The translations under genes were made by a program, and so were the position numbers. The notes beneath the pieces were generated by a model that saw only the letters and a program-made list of their open reading frames with translations, did no database searches and was not told the DNA's origin. From the NCBI RefSeq assembly GCF_964204645.1, contig NC_134025.1, positions 9,796,001 to 9,860,000 on the forward strand: DNA of 64,000 nt. The letters are read 5' to 3'. This stretch comes from Tubulanus polymorphus. Its lineage: Eukaryota > Animalia > Nemertea. Numbering within the stretch: the stretch's first letter is position 1; every line of letters begins with the position of its first letter. Positions 22,738 through 35,665 of this stretch are shown here, one piece after another.

Positions 22738-25700
22738 ATGGTTCCAAAACCAGCTGAGACGGATTCGCCTATACCTGATGGTAAATCGGAGGCCGGCTCG
22801 CAAGCTGCTGGGGAGGACGACAGTAAGAGCGTCAAAAGCGGTAAAAATGTTGCATCGAGAGCGTTGTCCGGAAAGTCGGGAAGAAGCAGCGCCACGAGTA
22901 AAACCGTTACGCCGGAGCCATCGGTCGACGGAGACGCGTTACTCGACTTGCGCAACATGCGTCGAATTATAGCTGAAGATCCGGAATGGTCGTTAGCTAC
23001 GGTTCCATTGCTCGGAGAACTCTGCGTGAAGCATATTGTTGGCAATTTTGAATGTAAGCTATTCAGATTTTCGTTTTCAGTATTCTATATCAAAGTCTCT
23101 AGAGTTTGATATATGAAGCATTTTTGGAAGCTTTAAGATGTCGAACTACATTTGATGTTGATAAGCTTCAACTGCGGCCAATGAAGTGGGCCCCTGAAAT
23201 AAGAACCCATTTGGGTTTTTTTAGTTCTATTTCGATTATTAAAAACTCGCAGTTATAAGGATTTACCGGTAATCAAAAAGGTTATGCAGTAAACTCAAAC
23301 TCTAAACCTCAACGAAAAGTTTGATTGAATTCATACTAGAATAATGAGCTCTTGCTTAGGTTCTTAACAAGGTACCGTGGTAGTTTTATTGAAATTTTTA
23401 AGCCTATAAAAACACGTATTAAGATTCAAATTTCTCTATATTTCATTTCCAGTCAATTCAAAGATAATCAACGACCTTCTGCCTAAACACAAAGCGAAAG
23501 TTTTAGACAAGATTGCTGTTGGAATTCCGTTGAAAGTCACCGCTCAGCTCGTCGAAGACGAAGGCTACTGGAAACGATGCTGTAAATCGCGTTGGGAAAT
23601 CTGCGACGTGTCACGGTACGGCGCCAGCTGGAAACGAATGTACTTCGAACGAAATCTCGAAGAGATCATCGAACACTTCGTTCCCGAACAGACCGACCCG
23701 ACGAAACTGCAAGAAACGCTGCCGTTGTCGACGAATTTTGTCCAGCGTTTAATCGTCCGGCAACTACTGCCGCCGGTGAAAGAATGCAAAGACGTCGACG
23801 ACGAGGGTTCAGACGCGGGCAGCGACGCTGGCGAAGGTCCCGAAACCGATCATTTCGACTTCTCGAATGTGTTGCCCGCGTTGCCCAATCTCGTCGAGTT
23901 TCGCGTGACGTACGGCGTACGCGACTGCGGCATGAATTTCGAATGGAACCTCTTCCAGTTCACGGCGAAAGACTGTCTTCTGTTGGCGAAGTGCATCGCG
24001 AACTGTAAGAACTTGAAAGTGTTTCAGTTGCATCGCAGTAAAGTTGACGATGATAAAGTACGCGTTTTAATCAGTCACATCTTAGACCACCCGGGACTCG
24101 TCGAGCTCGATCTGTCGCACAATATGATCGGCGATCGCGGAGCGCGCGCCATCGGCAAGTTTTTGAACAATCGCAGTAAGTTGGTGAAATTGGACATCAG
24201 CGATAATCAGATACGAGCTCAAGGTGCGCAGGCAATCGCTCACGCGCTGATGAAAAACACGACTTTGACCAGTTTGAACGTTAGATTGAACCGTCTGGCG
24301 GACGAAGGCGGCGCCGCGATTTGTCGCGCGTTGTTGAAAAATTCGACGCTCGTCGAAATCAACCTCGGCAGCAACGAAATGACCGAACCGACCGCGGCGA
24401 TGCTGTCACAAGTCGTCGGTAAAAACTCGACTCTGACGACTTTAGATTTGTCTTGTAATAGATTGGGACCGGTAAGTGTATTGTTCTCTATGCAGGAGAT
24501 CACGCGTTTGGGAATCAGCATTTTAATGGTATAGATTTTCATTTGGGTCCAAGCAATGATTTCTCTTTTGGTTTCAAATATATAAAATTTTGGCCAATGA
24601 GAAACTGGTTAAGTTTCATGATCGAATATCTTCACACTGACAAGCCCTTCCCATTCCATATAAAAAGCCTAACACTAATGATTAGGCTACTTACCCAGTT
24701 CCCCAACTTAGTATGAAACCGAGGATCCAGAATCATATTTCTTAGAATAGGGGTTGACCCTGTTGTTTATTTGATTGGTTTCCCTTACAAACCCACCACA
24801 CCAGCCGGGAGTGAAACAGGGGGTTTGATTTTAAAATCAGAAATCCGTGTACTTGTATAGTTGTGTGATCGGAAGTGGAATTTACAGAATTTTTTGTTTA
24901 AATCAAAGTACATAATTGGGAAATTCTATTACGATTCATTCAAACAATCTTCCAACCAGTCTGAACCGGCAATCGACTGATTGGGGTTAGTTTCATTGGC
25001 TGCCTAATCTAAATACATCAAATTTTGGAATTTTGTCAATTTTCATATTTTGTTGGTCATTTTCCCACGTAGGCCTATAGTCTGGAAATTTATTAGTTCT
25101 TTAATTACTAAGAACGCAGGATTTTTTCAAGAAAAAAATGGGAGGGTGAAGGAAAAAAATGAAAATGAAAAAGAATTTTTTTTGTAGTAGGCATTTCAAA
25201 ATGGAAGAGAACAGGGAAAAAAAAATTGCTTTGTCATTTAAGTATTTTTCCACATTTTATTTTTGAAATTTGATGGTTTTTGCAAAATTCTGGGTGCAGA
25301 TCCGTGCTCCAAGTAATTAGAAAAAAATGCCTAACCGTTTTAGGGAGTGGATATTATGCAAATGCGGCAGCATTGTGGTAAAACGTTATTCCTTAATAAA
25401 ACGGTACGAATTTGAGCGTTTTTTGTTGGTCAGCCATGCTGCTCCATTGATAATTCGAAATCTCTGTTTCACTACTACTTCATTCACTCGCTCAAAGATG
25501 GCACGTGAAGTGTTCCTACAGTCGTTCTTTCCTTCTCACCAGCTCGCGAATCTAAATCCGAAAAATTGATTCCTAGTTAGATATTTTAAACCGCACGCTT
25601 TCAAGTTCGCCGTATATGGGCGTTTCGTGTTACAACGTTTATTTCATCATCAAATAACAAATGTATATAAATAGATTTAATTTACTGCGACATCGAACGC

Positions 25701-28700
25701 AAATAATCTTTCATAAACTGCGTCAATTGATTTTTCATTACATCGGAAAGATGCTATTTACGCAGGTTTAACCGTCGGTTAAGTTCACGATCGAAGCTTC
25801 TGAGCTTTTCTTTGCCTGAATGCAGAAATCAATATCAATAGCCACCCGAAACCCTACTCGAATTGCAAAGCACGTCTGCGTGAAGTCATTTTTCTACGAA
25901 ATCAATTCGACTCGTTCCATCATTTTCCGAGCGCATTTTTTCGGAACTGAATGCAGACACGGTTTATCAAATTTTCCAGCACACTTGTCGGGTGGCAGTT
26001 GTCTGTATTTCTTCCGTTTAAAGTTTGAATAGCTCCGTAAATAGGGTATAATGCCGTTGCGTAGAATTTTCAGCCGATGGCTTTTATTGTCGTCACGTAG
26101 TAGCTTAGCATCAATTTGTCACGCCGGAGTTAGATTGCGGATTATTATCGTACGGATGGGGATGGGCTAGTTTAATTGTACCCAAAAACGACGATAGAAG
26201 CGGCACGATTTGTCTTGCCTAAGCCGGGGCTTAGGTATCAATTATCTCGGCCAGTATGTGCCTTTGTAGTTATGATTTATAGCCTAGCATCCCCGTGTTG
26301 ACATCGGTTGATGGAAAATATAAATCTTATACGCTTAAATCAGACTTGTTGCAATATTTGGCAAGAAAAGCCATAAGCGATGTTAGTCTGAATACCAGTC
26401 GTTGTTACGGTCCCTCCCAAACTTTGGGGAACAACGCCTAGATACTAGACCAAAGTATATATGCATTAAGAATTTCTAAAATTTGGAGTTAAGCCCTCGG
26501 TTTAATCAACTGTCACGTTAATGATTAGCTGTTGCGTTGCGCGTGATATGCCCTTGGAATGAACTTTCTGTCGGTACCAGATTACCGTTCGTTGCGCTGC
26601 CGAACCCGATCCGCGTATAGAAAAATGAATAGATGTGCTAGACGGTTGGAATGAATTTCAGAATTTAATTCTCGAAGACGATCCGTTTATTTGCCCGCGG
26701 GGCAGAGCTGAGAATGTTTGAGATGCAACGTGTGACTGACATCTTCAATTGGTTTCGTCGCCTCGTGTCGGCAGACGAACATCATTGAATTAGCTCATTT
26801 GATTAAAACCGGTCTCGGATGAACAGCGACGAAACTAGCTACGCGATTCCGTATTATGATTTTCAGGGATACCTGCTGCCTCTACGGTGGTAGATGCGCT
26901 TTGCGATGAAGACATTTATGGCGACGATAACCTGCGGCGGGCCGTAGAGTGAAATTACAATAATGATTGCGTGCGAAACCTTTATTTATCCAGGCTCGAC
27001 AAGTTGACACGTATTTTTCTTTTTAAACGTTCACTAAAACTGCCGCTTGAACGTTGCGTAGGTGATTTGTTGGCGAGCGTTTAAGTGACGCGCACTGACA
27101 AAAACGACGTTTCTTCTCCGCTCGATTTCGGTGTCATTAAATGTGCAAATGGTTCGATTGACGAGAAAATTCGCCCCGATAGACAATTCCGCGCGAAAGC
27201 CAATACTACTGTCGCATCGTCCCGTGTAGTATAGCGAGGAACTTATGGATTATTCCGAAAACCGAAAAAAACAAGAATATCGATAATCCATAACCTGCTA
27301 GATGAGGAAGCTTTCGGCATCCGAGCGCGGAATATTATTGAATTATAATTGAGTTGTAAACCATATAGGCCTCCTCGATGATCGCTAGAATATTCGCGCG
27401 GAAGTCCTGTCGAATAATATATCGTTCACAGTTGCCATAATACGCGATTGACCGAAATCCAATAATAACTTCGGGGATCAAATCGATTTCGCTTGTGACC
27501 AGATAAATAATTAAGAATAAAAATCGATTGATTTGTGTGATGTGATGGACGTCTTGCACCGATATGTAGTGAATAGCTAGCAGCAGGGTGCTCCATTTGA
27601 TCAATAGTTATATACATATATAACTACCACGCCGATAAAGCTAAGAAGCCGTTTCGTCCAAACGGTTTTGGTTTTCATTCAAGCCCCATTATGATGTATG
27701 CCCTTAGTTTTTGATTGAAAAAGGTCCCTCTCTGAATGGGCATCCATTATACAGATCGATCAAATATTCATTCATCAAGATTCCGTAGTACGTATCTGTG
27801 ATAGCTATGGAGAATGCGATCACGCTGTGTCCTGTGTGTTGAGATCGCACGGTGATCTGACGCGCCGAATACGTTTTCAAGGCCCCGAACGATGGATACG
27901 TTACCGATAATGCGAAGATTAATGTTGGGAAAAGCGTGAGAATTCCTTAGTCATCGCAGATACGACACGCAGGCTTCACGACTTGATTACGTTCAAGGCC
28001 GCGAATAAAAACGAAACACCGTGTCGCTTTCTCGGCAATCGACTTGGGTATTCTGTTTCTTGCCTTTCGGCGAGAATTCTCCGGGGCTGCGCACGATTAA
28101 CAGTAACTGCCATCCATTCATCAACTCATTTTCGCGAGATAAAACTGTTTAGTCATGTCGATTCCCAAATGCCCGATTGCTCATTTTGATAACACTATAC
28201 CTTTTGTCGTGATTCATCGTCTGTTTCGTCATTGTTTTCCGGGCAAAACGATTTTCGTCGTTGTTTATCGGCCGATTACGCACTTCCCCGCGATTATGGT
28301 GCCCGTTTAATTGCTCGGAAAGGTTACGATGAACTGGTACCCACCGAGATCTTACTACCGACGTACCTGCCTACGCCCCGGGTGCAGGAAGGGCAGTTGC
28401 ACGGTAGTTGACCCCGGCTCTAAAGCACGCCCATTAACCCATCATACCACCTACGGCAATTACCCGTGTCGTAAACCCGAAGCATGTCTCTGTCACCGTG
28501 ATGAAATAGACGTTTGTATGTTTTGAGCTCTGCTGTTAACTTGGGCTTGGAGTAATCGTCTAGATGATTCAGGTGATTACTCCAAGGCTTGGGCTATGAT
28601 TTTAACCTGGTTGTATCGCAAGACTATAGTATACGAAACCACCATGGGATCAGTATTTTGGTCGATTCACGGGTTCGAAATAGCGGGATTAGTTCCATCC

Positions 28701-31700
28701 ACTGTCGATACTCGTCTTTACAGACCTGTCTAAGTCCATTTTGGGTCAGCTGCTTTTCGAATGATTTAATGCCCGGCTTTTGGCCGCTAGTTCGGGTGGT
28801 CGCATAATCAACGCATAAGTAGCGAGGTTGTTTCGGTGCAATTCAACAGAAATATGTCGTGTTCATCGACGGAACGAACAGGAACGAACTCGGCGTTCAT
28901 CTTCAGGAAATGGACATTTCATGCTCGATCGATTGGAGATAAAATGCATTGTTTCTAATCAGTGAGAGCATGCAGAAATCATGCTCAACTACGTCGCAGA
29001 TATTACTCTGTCCTCGCAACCGTACTCAGTAACTCGGTATCGCTCTCCTTTGGACTATTGTTTATAGAGAGTAAAATCAAAGAAAAAGATGAAAAAGAAA
29101 TAAAGATCGAGAATACAAAATGAAACATCAGCATACATTGAATAGACGCGTGATGGCCGTGGCCAAATTTATTTTTAAAAAGGTCTCGAATATGGTACAA
29201 TTCTTTCTAGAATTCGAATTTGTTTTTACTAGTGCTTGAACTGGTGCTATTTCTATCCGGGTTGTGGACAAGCGGGAATCGAGTCGAGTGGAATGCTCGT
29301 TGGGCGGTCGAATCGGAAAGACACCGCCACGAAACGTCCCTTTTAAAAGTTCTCGTACACGTGTTTCCATCTTGGCTAAGTGCATTTGACTGTACTCATT
29401 AAACCGGCATGGTTTAGATCAGTGTTTCTACTTTTCACTTTACATTCACTTTCCATTGTAAGTTATAACGCCGATTTGGTTTTTAATTCGCCTTCTATAA
29501 GTCCATTAGTTGATTACATGCGCATGCTATATAAGCGGTTTTAGGGGACAGGTTTTATTATTTTTTCACCAGGCGTAAATGATAATGCTTCTATTCATTA
29601 GCGCATAAATAATAACTCAATTCTCTCTTCGTGAAACGCCGTGTGTACTACATCTATGAACGAAGCGGACAATATGAAGGCAGTTTTCGTGTTTCTTTAT
29701 CTTCACTTGTACCGAATGAATTGTTAGTAGCCTTCATTTATTGCGGTACTCGGCCATTGCAAGACTGATTTGATGGAATCTTACCGAGAAGTTTTATCAG
29801 AAATAGTGAATATCGGCGCCTCTTATTTATTTGATTACTTGGTTGATTTCTATAGTTTTGTCCCTTGCGAACGCCACCACCACCTGCGTGGAGCGAAACC
29901 GGGGGTTTGAATCGAAAATTGAAGCACAGAAATAGTTGGATGGCCGGTTGAATTTGCTTTTTTTCGTGCTTAATCGAAGTACAAAATTGAACATTTCGGT
30001 TCCGGTTCATGTACAGCCTTGAATTAGCAAGCGACTGATTGGGCTTCATTTTTGTTGACTGTGGAATTTAATACATCAAGATTTGGAAAGATCATGTATT
30101 TTTGGGGGTATTTTTTGTCATTTTTCCACGGAGTAGAAAGTTCAGAATTTTTCCTCGAGTAGATAAATACTGTAAAGTCCTCTATGTTGTTTGTCCCGCG
30201 TGTTGACTAAATCCCTTATGATAGAAGCGCATTCCGATACGTAATATCCAGGACCCAGTTCCACAGTTGTGAGTTAGTTTAAGTTAAGGACCCAGATGAC
30301 AGTAGTGTTGTCCCAGTGTCCGAAGTGAAGTTGTTGACATCCGAGAGTTTTTGTCGCTAGTCATATTTGGAAAGTCGTGGCACTCGACCGTGGCTTATCT
30401 CCTTCGGTTCTGGCGGTTCCGGATAGATCGGACCCCTGGACTTTGATATTCAGGCTTTTGATCGTGTCACCCTTTAGCGGTGAATCATTATACTCAATAT
30501 GTATCTTCGCCCAGCGCTGTGGTGGTAATTCGCTTACCAATACCCAAAGTAGCAATAACGCGAACGTTGCCCTGACATCATTTTTCCAGTAAGCTCGTGT
30601 GTTTCGCTGGTCAGCAACCTTTCTCGACCTTTTCATATTGACGTTGTCGTCAACGCTTGTTGATCGATGACAGTTATGGAAGGTTCATCATCGGCAAAAC
30701 AAGCGTGCCTTGATTAGTTTCTTGTTTTCTTGTCTGGATACGTGGATTATTGGCGTGGCCAGCGCTAACACTTATAGAATTATTGGACCGGCTTACAGGG
30801 GAATAATATACAGGTAAACTGATTTCACTTATGAACAATGAGACACCGGCTAATAGTCGCACGCTTTCGTAATTTCGGAGGATTTTTTGTCGTCCCCGGA
30901 GAAATTCAGCATCAGTTCAATTCAAATTTTTTTTTATTGCACCTTGATATATACTCAGTATATTACAACGGAACCTCGTTATAACGAATTCGGATACAAC
31001 GATTCATCGGATATAACGAATATGAAATTTTGTCCTAAGAAGACAATTTAATTAATTTTATACTGGATATAACAAACTATTGGTTATAACTGACGGATTT
31101 TCTGGTACAATGAAGTTCGCTGTAATGAGGTTCCATTGTATCGGTTAACGCAGTATACCGGTGATAAAGTTTAGAACAAAACGAATATTAAAATAGAATG
31201 AACAAAAGAATGTCAGATATTCTAGGCTAACGTCGATGTACTGCTGCACTAGCACACCTGGTGGATCTTCGATTGCCACAGTCGGCTGTCCTTTGACGAG
31301 AGCTCATAATTTCAAAATTCAGTTGTCCTATAATCAATCTTTCTTATCGTCGCTACAAGCATATGAAACGCAGCTTACATTTTTAGGGTAGTCAATTTTC
31401 AGCGTTTTCGTGGCGAATATCGATCGAACGATGTTTTTCGTGTTATGCAATGAAGATATGAGCTCGTAGATTTTTGGATTAGTTGCCACAGGCAACTTAA
31501 CCTTTTCAATATAGACCGAACAAGTTAATCATTCTACTTGATACTTAGCACAGGCCCGGTGCCTGGTATTTATAGCACTTTAGTCCGCCGTTTTTGATAC
31601 CTTTGTCGTAACACGAATACGTGGATCCTTTTATTTCGCTTCGCATTATATTGTAGCTTTCGTTTTCGGTATTTTTTCTCTAACAATTTCTACACATTAA

Positions 31701-32451
31701 CATCGTCGGTGATGTCGCGTCCAGAACAGAGCGGAATCTGACACTAAAAGTGCTTCTTAGCGTCGCATTACTGGGGCTGAAAGCCTCTCCTGGTCTGGTC
31801 ATATACGTCATATGATCGTATCGACTGGAACTTTTGTTCAACGGAAACAACAGACTATGTCTCAGGAGATTATCTTCTCTCCGAACTGATAATGAATTAT
31901 TAGTTTTTTTCCGTCTGACTTTTGTCTTGAATATGTCCCTTGTATACGTATATATATATGAAATAAAACCATACGTAGCTTGCAAGTGACGATACCGATT
32001 CTCTCCTTTATCTCTAAACCCAAAGGGGGATAAAATTACGAGTATTTTACGGCAAAATATTACTTTCGACGACGAAAACGCCTACACTGATATGTATTTA
32101 GTTCCGATGTCACGAATTCAACTCATTTAACTCCGCATTCGAATTCAAATTGAGAATTGCTTAAGAATTGCATCGCGGGACTACAAAACCTGTCGCTGAA
32201 GATTTTTAGAAGGTTTTGTAATAATTTGAAACTGCATTTTCAAATGTTTCAGAAAATAAGTAAGTTTTTTTGTTTCGATATATTTTCAGGACGGCGGCAA
32301 GCAACTGCAGGAAGATATGGCTGATAATAAAACTATCGTTCATATGGATTTGCGTTTGACCGAATGCGGCCAGGAGTCCGAGTACATCATCAACCAACGA
32401 TTGAGCGCCAACCGAGACCTGGCCAGAGAAAGAGAGCTCGACGATGACTAG
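22738..32451 (+). CDS. TCTE1: T-complex-associated testis-expressed protein 1 / dynein regulatory complex subunit 5 (LRR protein), 498 aa
   Basis: Exons 22738-23053, 23453-24471 and 32290-32451 (GT-AG, phases 1 and 0; total 1497 nt). Family motifs: MRRIIAEDPEWSLATVPLL.ELC..HIV.NF; YWKRCC; GASWKRMYFERNLE; YGVRDCGMNFEWNLFQFT; RNI-like LRRs; DGGKQL.E.M.DNKT...DLRL...GQESEY. Confidence 0.95.
30966..31138. mobile_element. Tc1/mariner (pogo/Tigger-like) MITE
   Basis: TA-CAACGGAACCTCGTTATAACGAA ... TTCGCTGTAATGAGGTTCCATTG-TA: ~23-bp TIRs with TA flanks and internal GGATATAACG repeats. Confidence 0.75.
32290..32451 (+). CDS. TCTE1: TCTE1 last coding exon (absent from the ORF track)
   Basis: The acceptor TATTTTCAG is followed by DGGKQLQEDMADNKTIVHMDLRLTECGQESEYIINQRLSANRDLARERELDDD*, in phase with the donor CCG|GTAAGT at 24471. 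Confidence 0.92.
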   Translation, partial: DGGKQLQEDMADNKTIVHMDLRLTECGQESEYIINQRLSANRDLARERELDDD

Positions 32452-35400
32452 AAAACCAGAAAACTTCAATCAACTAAATGAACTATGAATATGAATATCA
32501 TCGTGTATTTCGCTATATTATTTAATTGTCATGTATATGGGTTGTGTATTTATTTGCCGAATAAGTAAATGCTTTGTAACGAAGAAATTATGATTAAGAA
32601 TTATGTATGAATTGAGATAAACGTCGATTTTGGCCGTCATTTGTATTTAGGATAGATACATTTCTGTTGGTAGGATTTCATAGATTTGAACTTAAGAAAT
32701 CTGAATACACCAGAATCCGCTCAAATTGGACCTTTTGGGACCGTAAAGATGTGTCCGACTTTATATTGATTACCGAGTTGAATGTTATGAACGGAGTTAT
32801 CCGAGTTGATCGGATCCGACTTTGCTTATTCCTTGGAAGGTAGATACAGATGACGCAGGGGCAGATTTACGGGGTGGTTTCGGGTGTCCGGGCCCCTGGC
32901 TTATTCGTCAAGACATAAATTGTTAAAATCTGTAAATTTGACAATTATATCTTCTCGGAAATTGCATCTTTTTCGATGTATTTCTTCAAAAATTTCTAAC
33001 ACCGCCTCGTGTGGTCTTTCCGAGAATATATTTTCTTTTTTTCCGAACCCAGCCTTCCGATTTTCCTGTAGACCCATCCCTGTAATTTTCATTTCCGAGA
33101 AGTCCTTTGCCTATATAAAGCACGCATTCTAAGCATCAAATAACGTACATATAGAGAATTCCTTTGACATCATAAAGGTTTTGAATAAACGTTTGAACCC
33201 CCTGGTTTTTGCACAGCTTGCTATACTAACCATCTATTTGATCATTATTTGACGCGATAGTAGTATTCTCTGTTCTTTCTTCCATTACATTTCAAAGTGT
33301 AAAGCCCTTGCGGCGTTTCATCCGACAGCAATGCCGCATACTTCGCGTGATCGCATTTTTATGTCGACTGGCGGCAATATTTTTGCTTGTAGCTATATCT
33401 ACAGCAGCCTGGGATCACGTAAACGAATATGTATGTACACGTGATCGTTGTTCTAGGGTTCGGATAACGTTTGACGTATTGATCGGTGATTTTTACTAAA
33501 GCTGGAAGATTTAGAATCGCGGTCTATTGTCTAGCATATATGCATCGATATAGTAGTGTTTGTTTTAAGAAGAAACTCTTTTATGAGATATGAAATCGTG
33601 CTGGTGCTTACGTTTGTTCGCCATTGATTTTCTTTTTACATGCGCACGACTGCTTTACGTTTTTATCTTAAGGGTGTCTTTTTTCGTCTTGTTCGCAACG
33701 TAGTGATGACGATATCTGTATTTATCTAATATAAACAAAGAAAACCCGATTTTAAGTTCAATTAATCTAAAATTGGCTTGATACTTTGTAATTGTAAATA
33801 TTTTTCCATCGGTTACGTTCTTTGCCGTTATTGATATTGACTGAATAATTTGTGATTAGATTATGAAAATTGTATGTTCGTTCGTTATTCAAGGCTCTCA
33901 CAGTCCAGACTCGCCCCTAATCGGAGAATGGGCTCAACCCTGCTGTTGGATTAGGGGTTCTAAAAGGTTGGTTTAGTTGTCGCTATATCAAATATCCACT
34001 GGTTTACTCTAACTAACCTTTGAGCAACTGGCCCCAGTTCTCCAGGTCAATGACCTTCCCCGGTCTTAACAGAGATCAGTAGGCAAAGATATAATGGGAA
34101 CCCATGATGAAATTTTGATTTGTTTAAATACGTTGTTGTTCATAATCTGATCTTAACTTCGTGTGAACAAATCGTTCGTGGCAGGTTTTGTGAAGAGAAA
34201 ACTTGTGACGATCGACTCTTTTCTACACCGGCGAGCCGGCGGTAATCAAGGTCTTTTCTGCCTGTTCAGTTTTAATGTTCGTTATTTCATCCAGTTTCGT
34301 TATTATTTATGCGAAGGTAAAGATTCGCGCGTTCGTCGCCGGGCTCTCGCGGGAAAACACGGCACATTAACTTCCGTCCTCGTGGCGCGTCTCGCCGGTC
34401 GCCGACGGCATTTTCGCTATAGTGTTTGCATATGGAAATTCATTAGAAATTTATTCACTTTCAGTCACCGCAAAAGAGCAGGAAGCTGCCATATAGAAAA
34501 AGCCTCTTAGTTAGAATTATGTGGCGCCTTCAGGGAGTGCACCAACTTCTAGCGCATTGTTGTAAATGACCTTTTTTTCAAAGATCACGATATTATCGAA
34601 ACTCGCTTCTCTATATTCAACAAACTTGCTAATAGTCCACATATATCTTCGATGTTAGGTTTAGGGGTACGATGGGTGATATAAATTATAAATTTCTATG
34701 TTGTACATCTAAGTCTTACGATAAGTCTTACGCTTTCGAAGGCCTATTTAGTACTTTTTTACAAATCGATCCGTCCAAGTTTTCGAAAACCCCCAGAAAA
34801 TTTCGGTGCTTTGCTTTACCGTATAAGGTTTGTGATAAAGCTGTGAAATGTACCTTTTTGAGTAACGCTGAAACGCTATAGTGCTGCATATAAATGACTT
34901 AACCGCGGCACCAAATGTTTGAATGGTTTGTGTCATAAAAATATCGAGAATAAAATTTGATTTTAATATTTGTTCATTTTAGTCTTTGTTACTCGATGAC
35001 TACTTTATAATATCCAGGTCGTTGGGGCAACGTTTGATGCAATGAAATATGATTTTATTTCTCTTTGAATTCTTGTCAGTAGGTGCCTGAGACATAATAC
35101 ACCAACTTCAATTGAAATCAAAACTACTCGTCACTCGTAATAGAGCTAGAACTTGATTTTTCCGAAGAAATCGATTTCTTCCGTTATCATGATTTGAATT
35201 TCTAATTTGATATTCCCTGCGCGCGTTCGCCGCAATTATTTCTGACGTGAAGAAGACGTTGCCGACAGAACTAGTAGCTTTCAGTTGTCGAATACGTTCA
35301 TTAAAGCAACAAGTCGATGTATAAATTCGATTGAACCCAATTTGTCTTTCTGTCGCCCCGGATAGCGCTAAATCTACCGAGACTATTCCGCCTATAATTC

Positions 35401-35558
35401 CTGTTGATACGGCTTTTCATTGGAACGGTCCCAGTGTGTAACTATTCAATTCTCACTGGCAGAATGTAAAGCTAAGGCGGTAGGGATTGAAGGAATTCAG
35501 TCAACATTCGATAAGCTAGAAAAGTTGGTATACGATGGTAATGGTGGCCAAGGCAATG

Positions 35559-35665
35559 CTAAGCGGCCACCAGTCTATGTATCTAGCCAATAAGATGCGT
35601 AGTGAAACTGCCGGTGAAAACCAACGTATCTGATTGGCTTAATACATAGACTGGTGGCCGCTTAG
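35559..35665. repeat. 107-bp hairpin/inverted repeat
   Basis: CTAAGCGGCCACCAGTCTATGTAT (35559-35582) pairs perfectly with ATACATAGACTGGTGGCCGCTTAG (35642-35665). Imperfect pairing extends the arms to ~43 bp. Confidence 0.9.

Noticed and set aside
23565-24542. Alternate-frame and antisense ORFs over TCTE1, TMEM151 and ASB exons
   Set aside because: These are shadow ORFs arising from codon bias in real coding exons.
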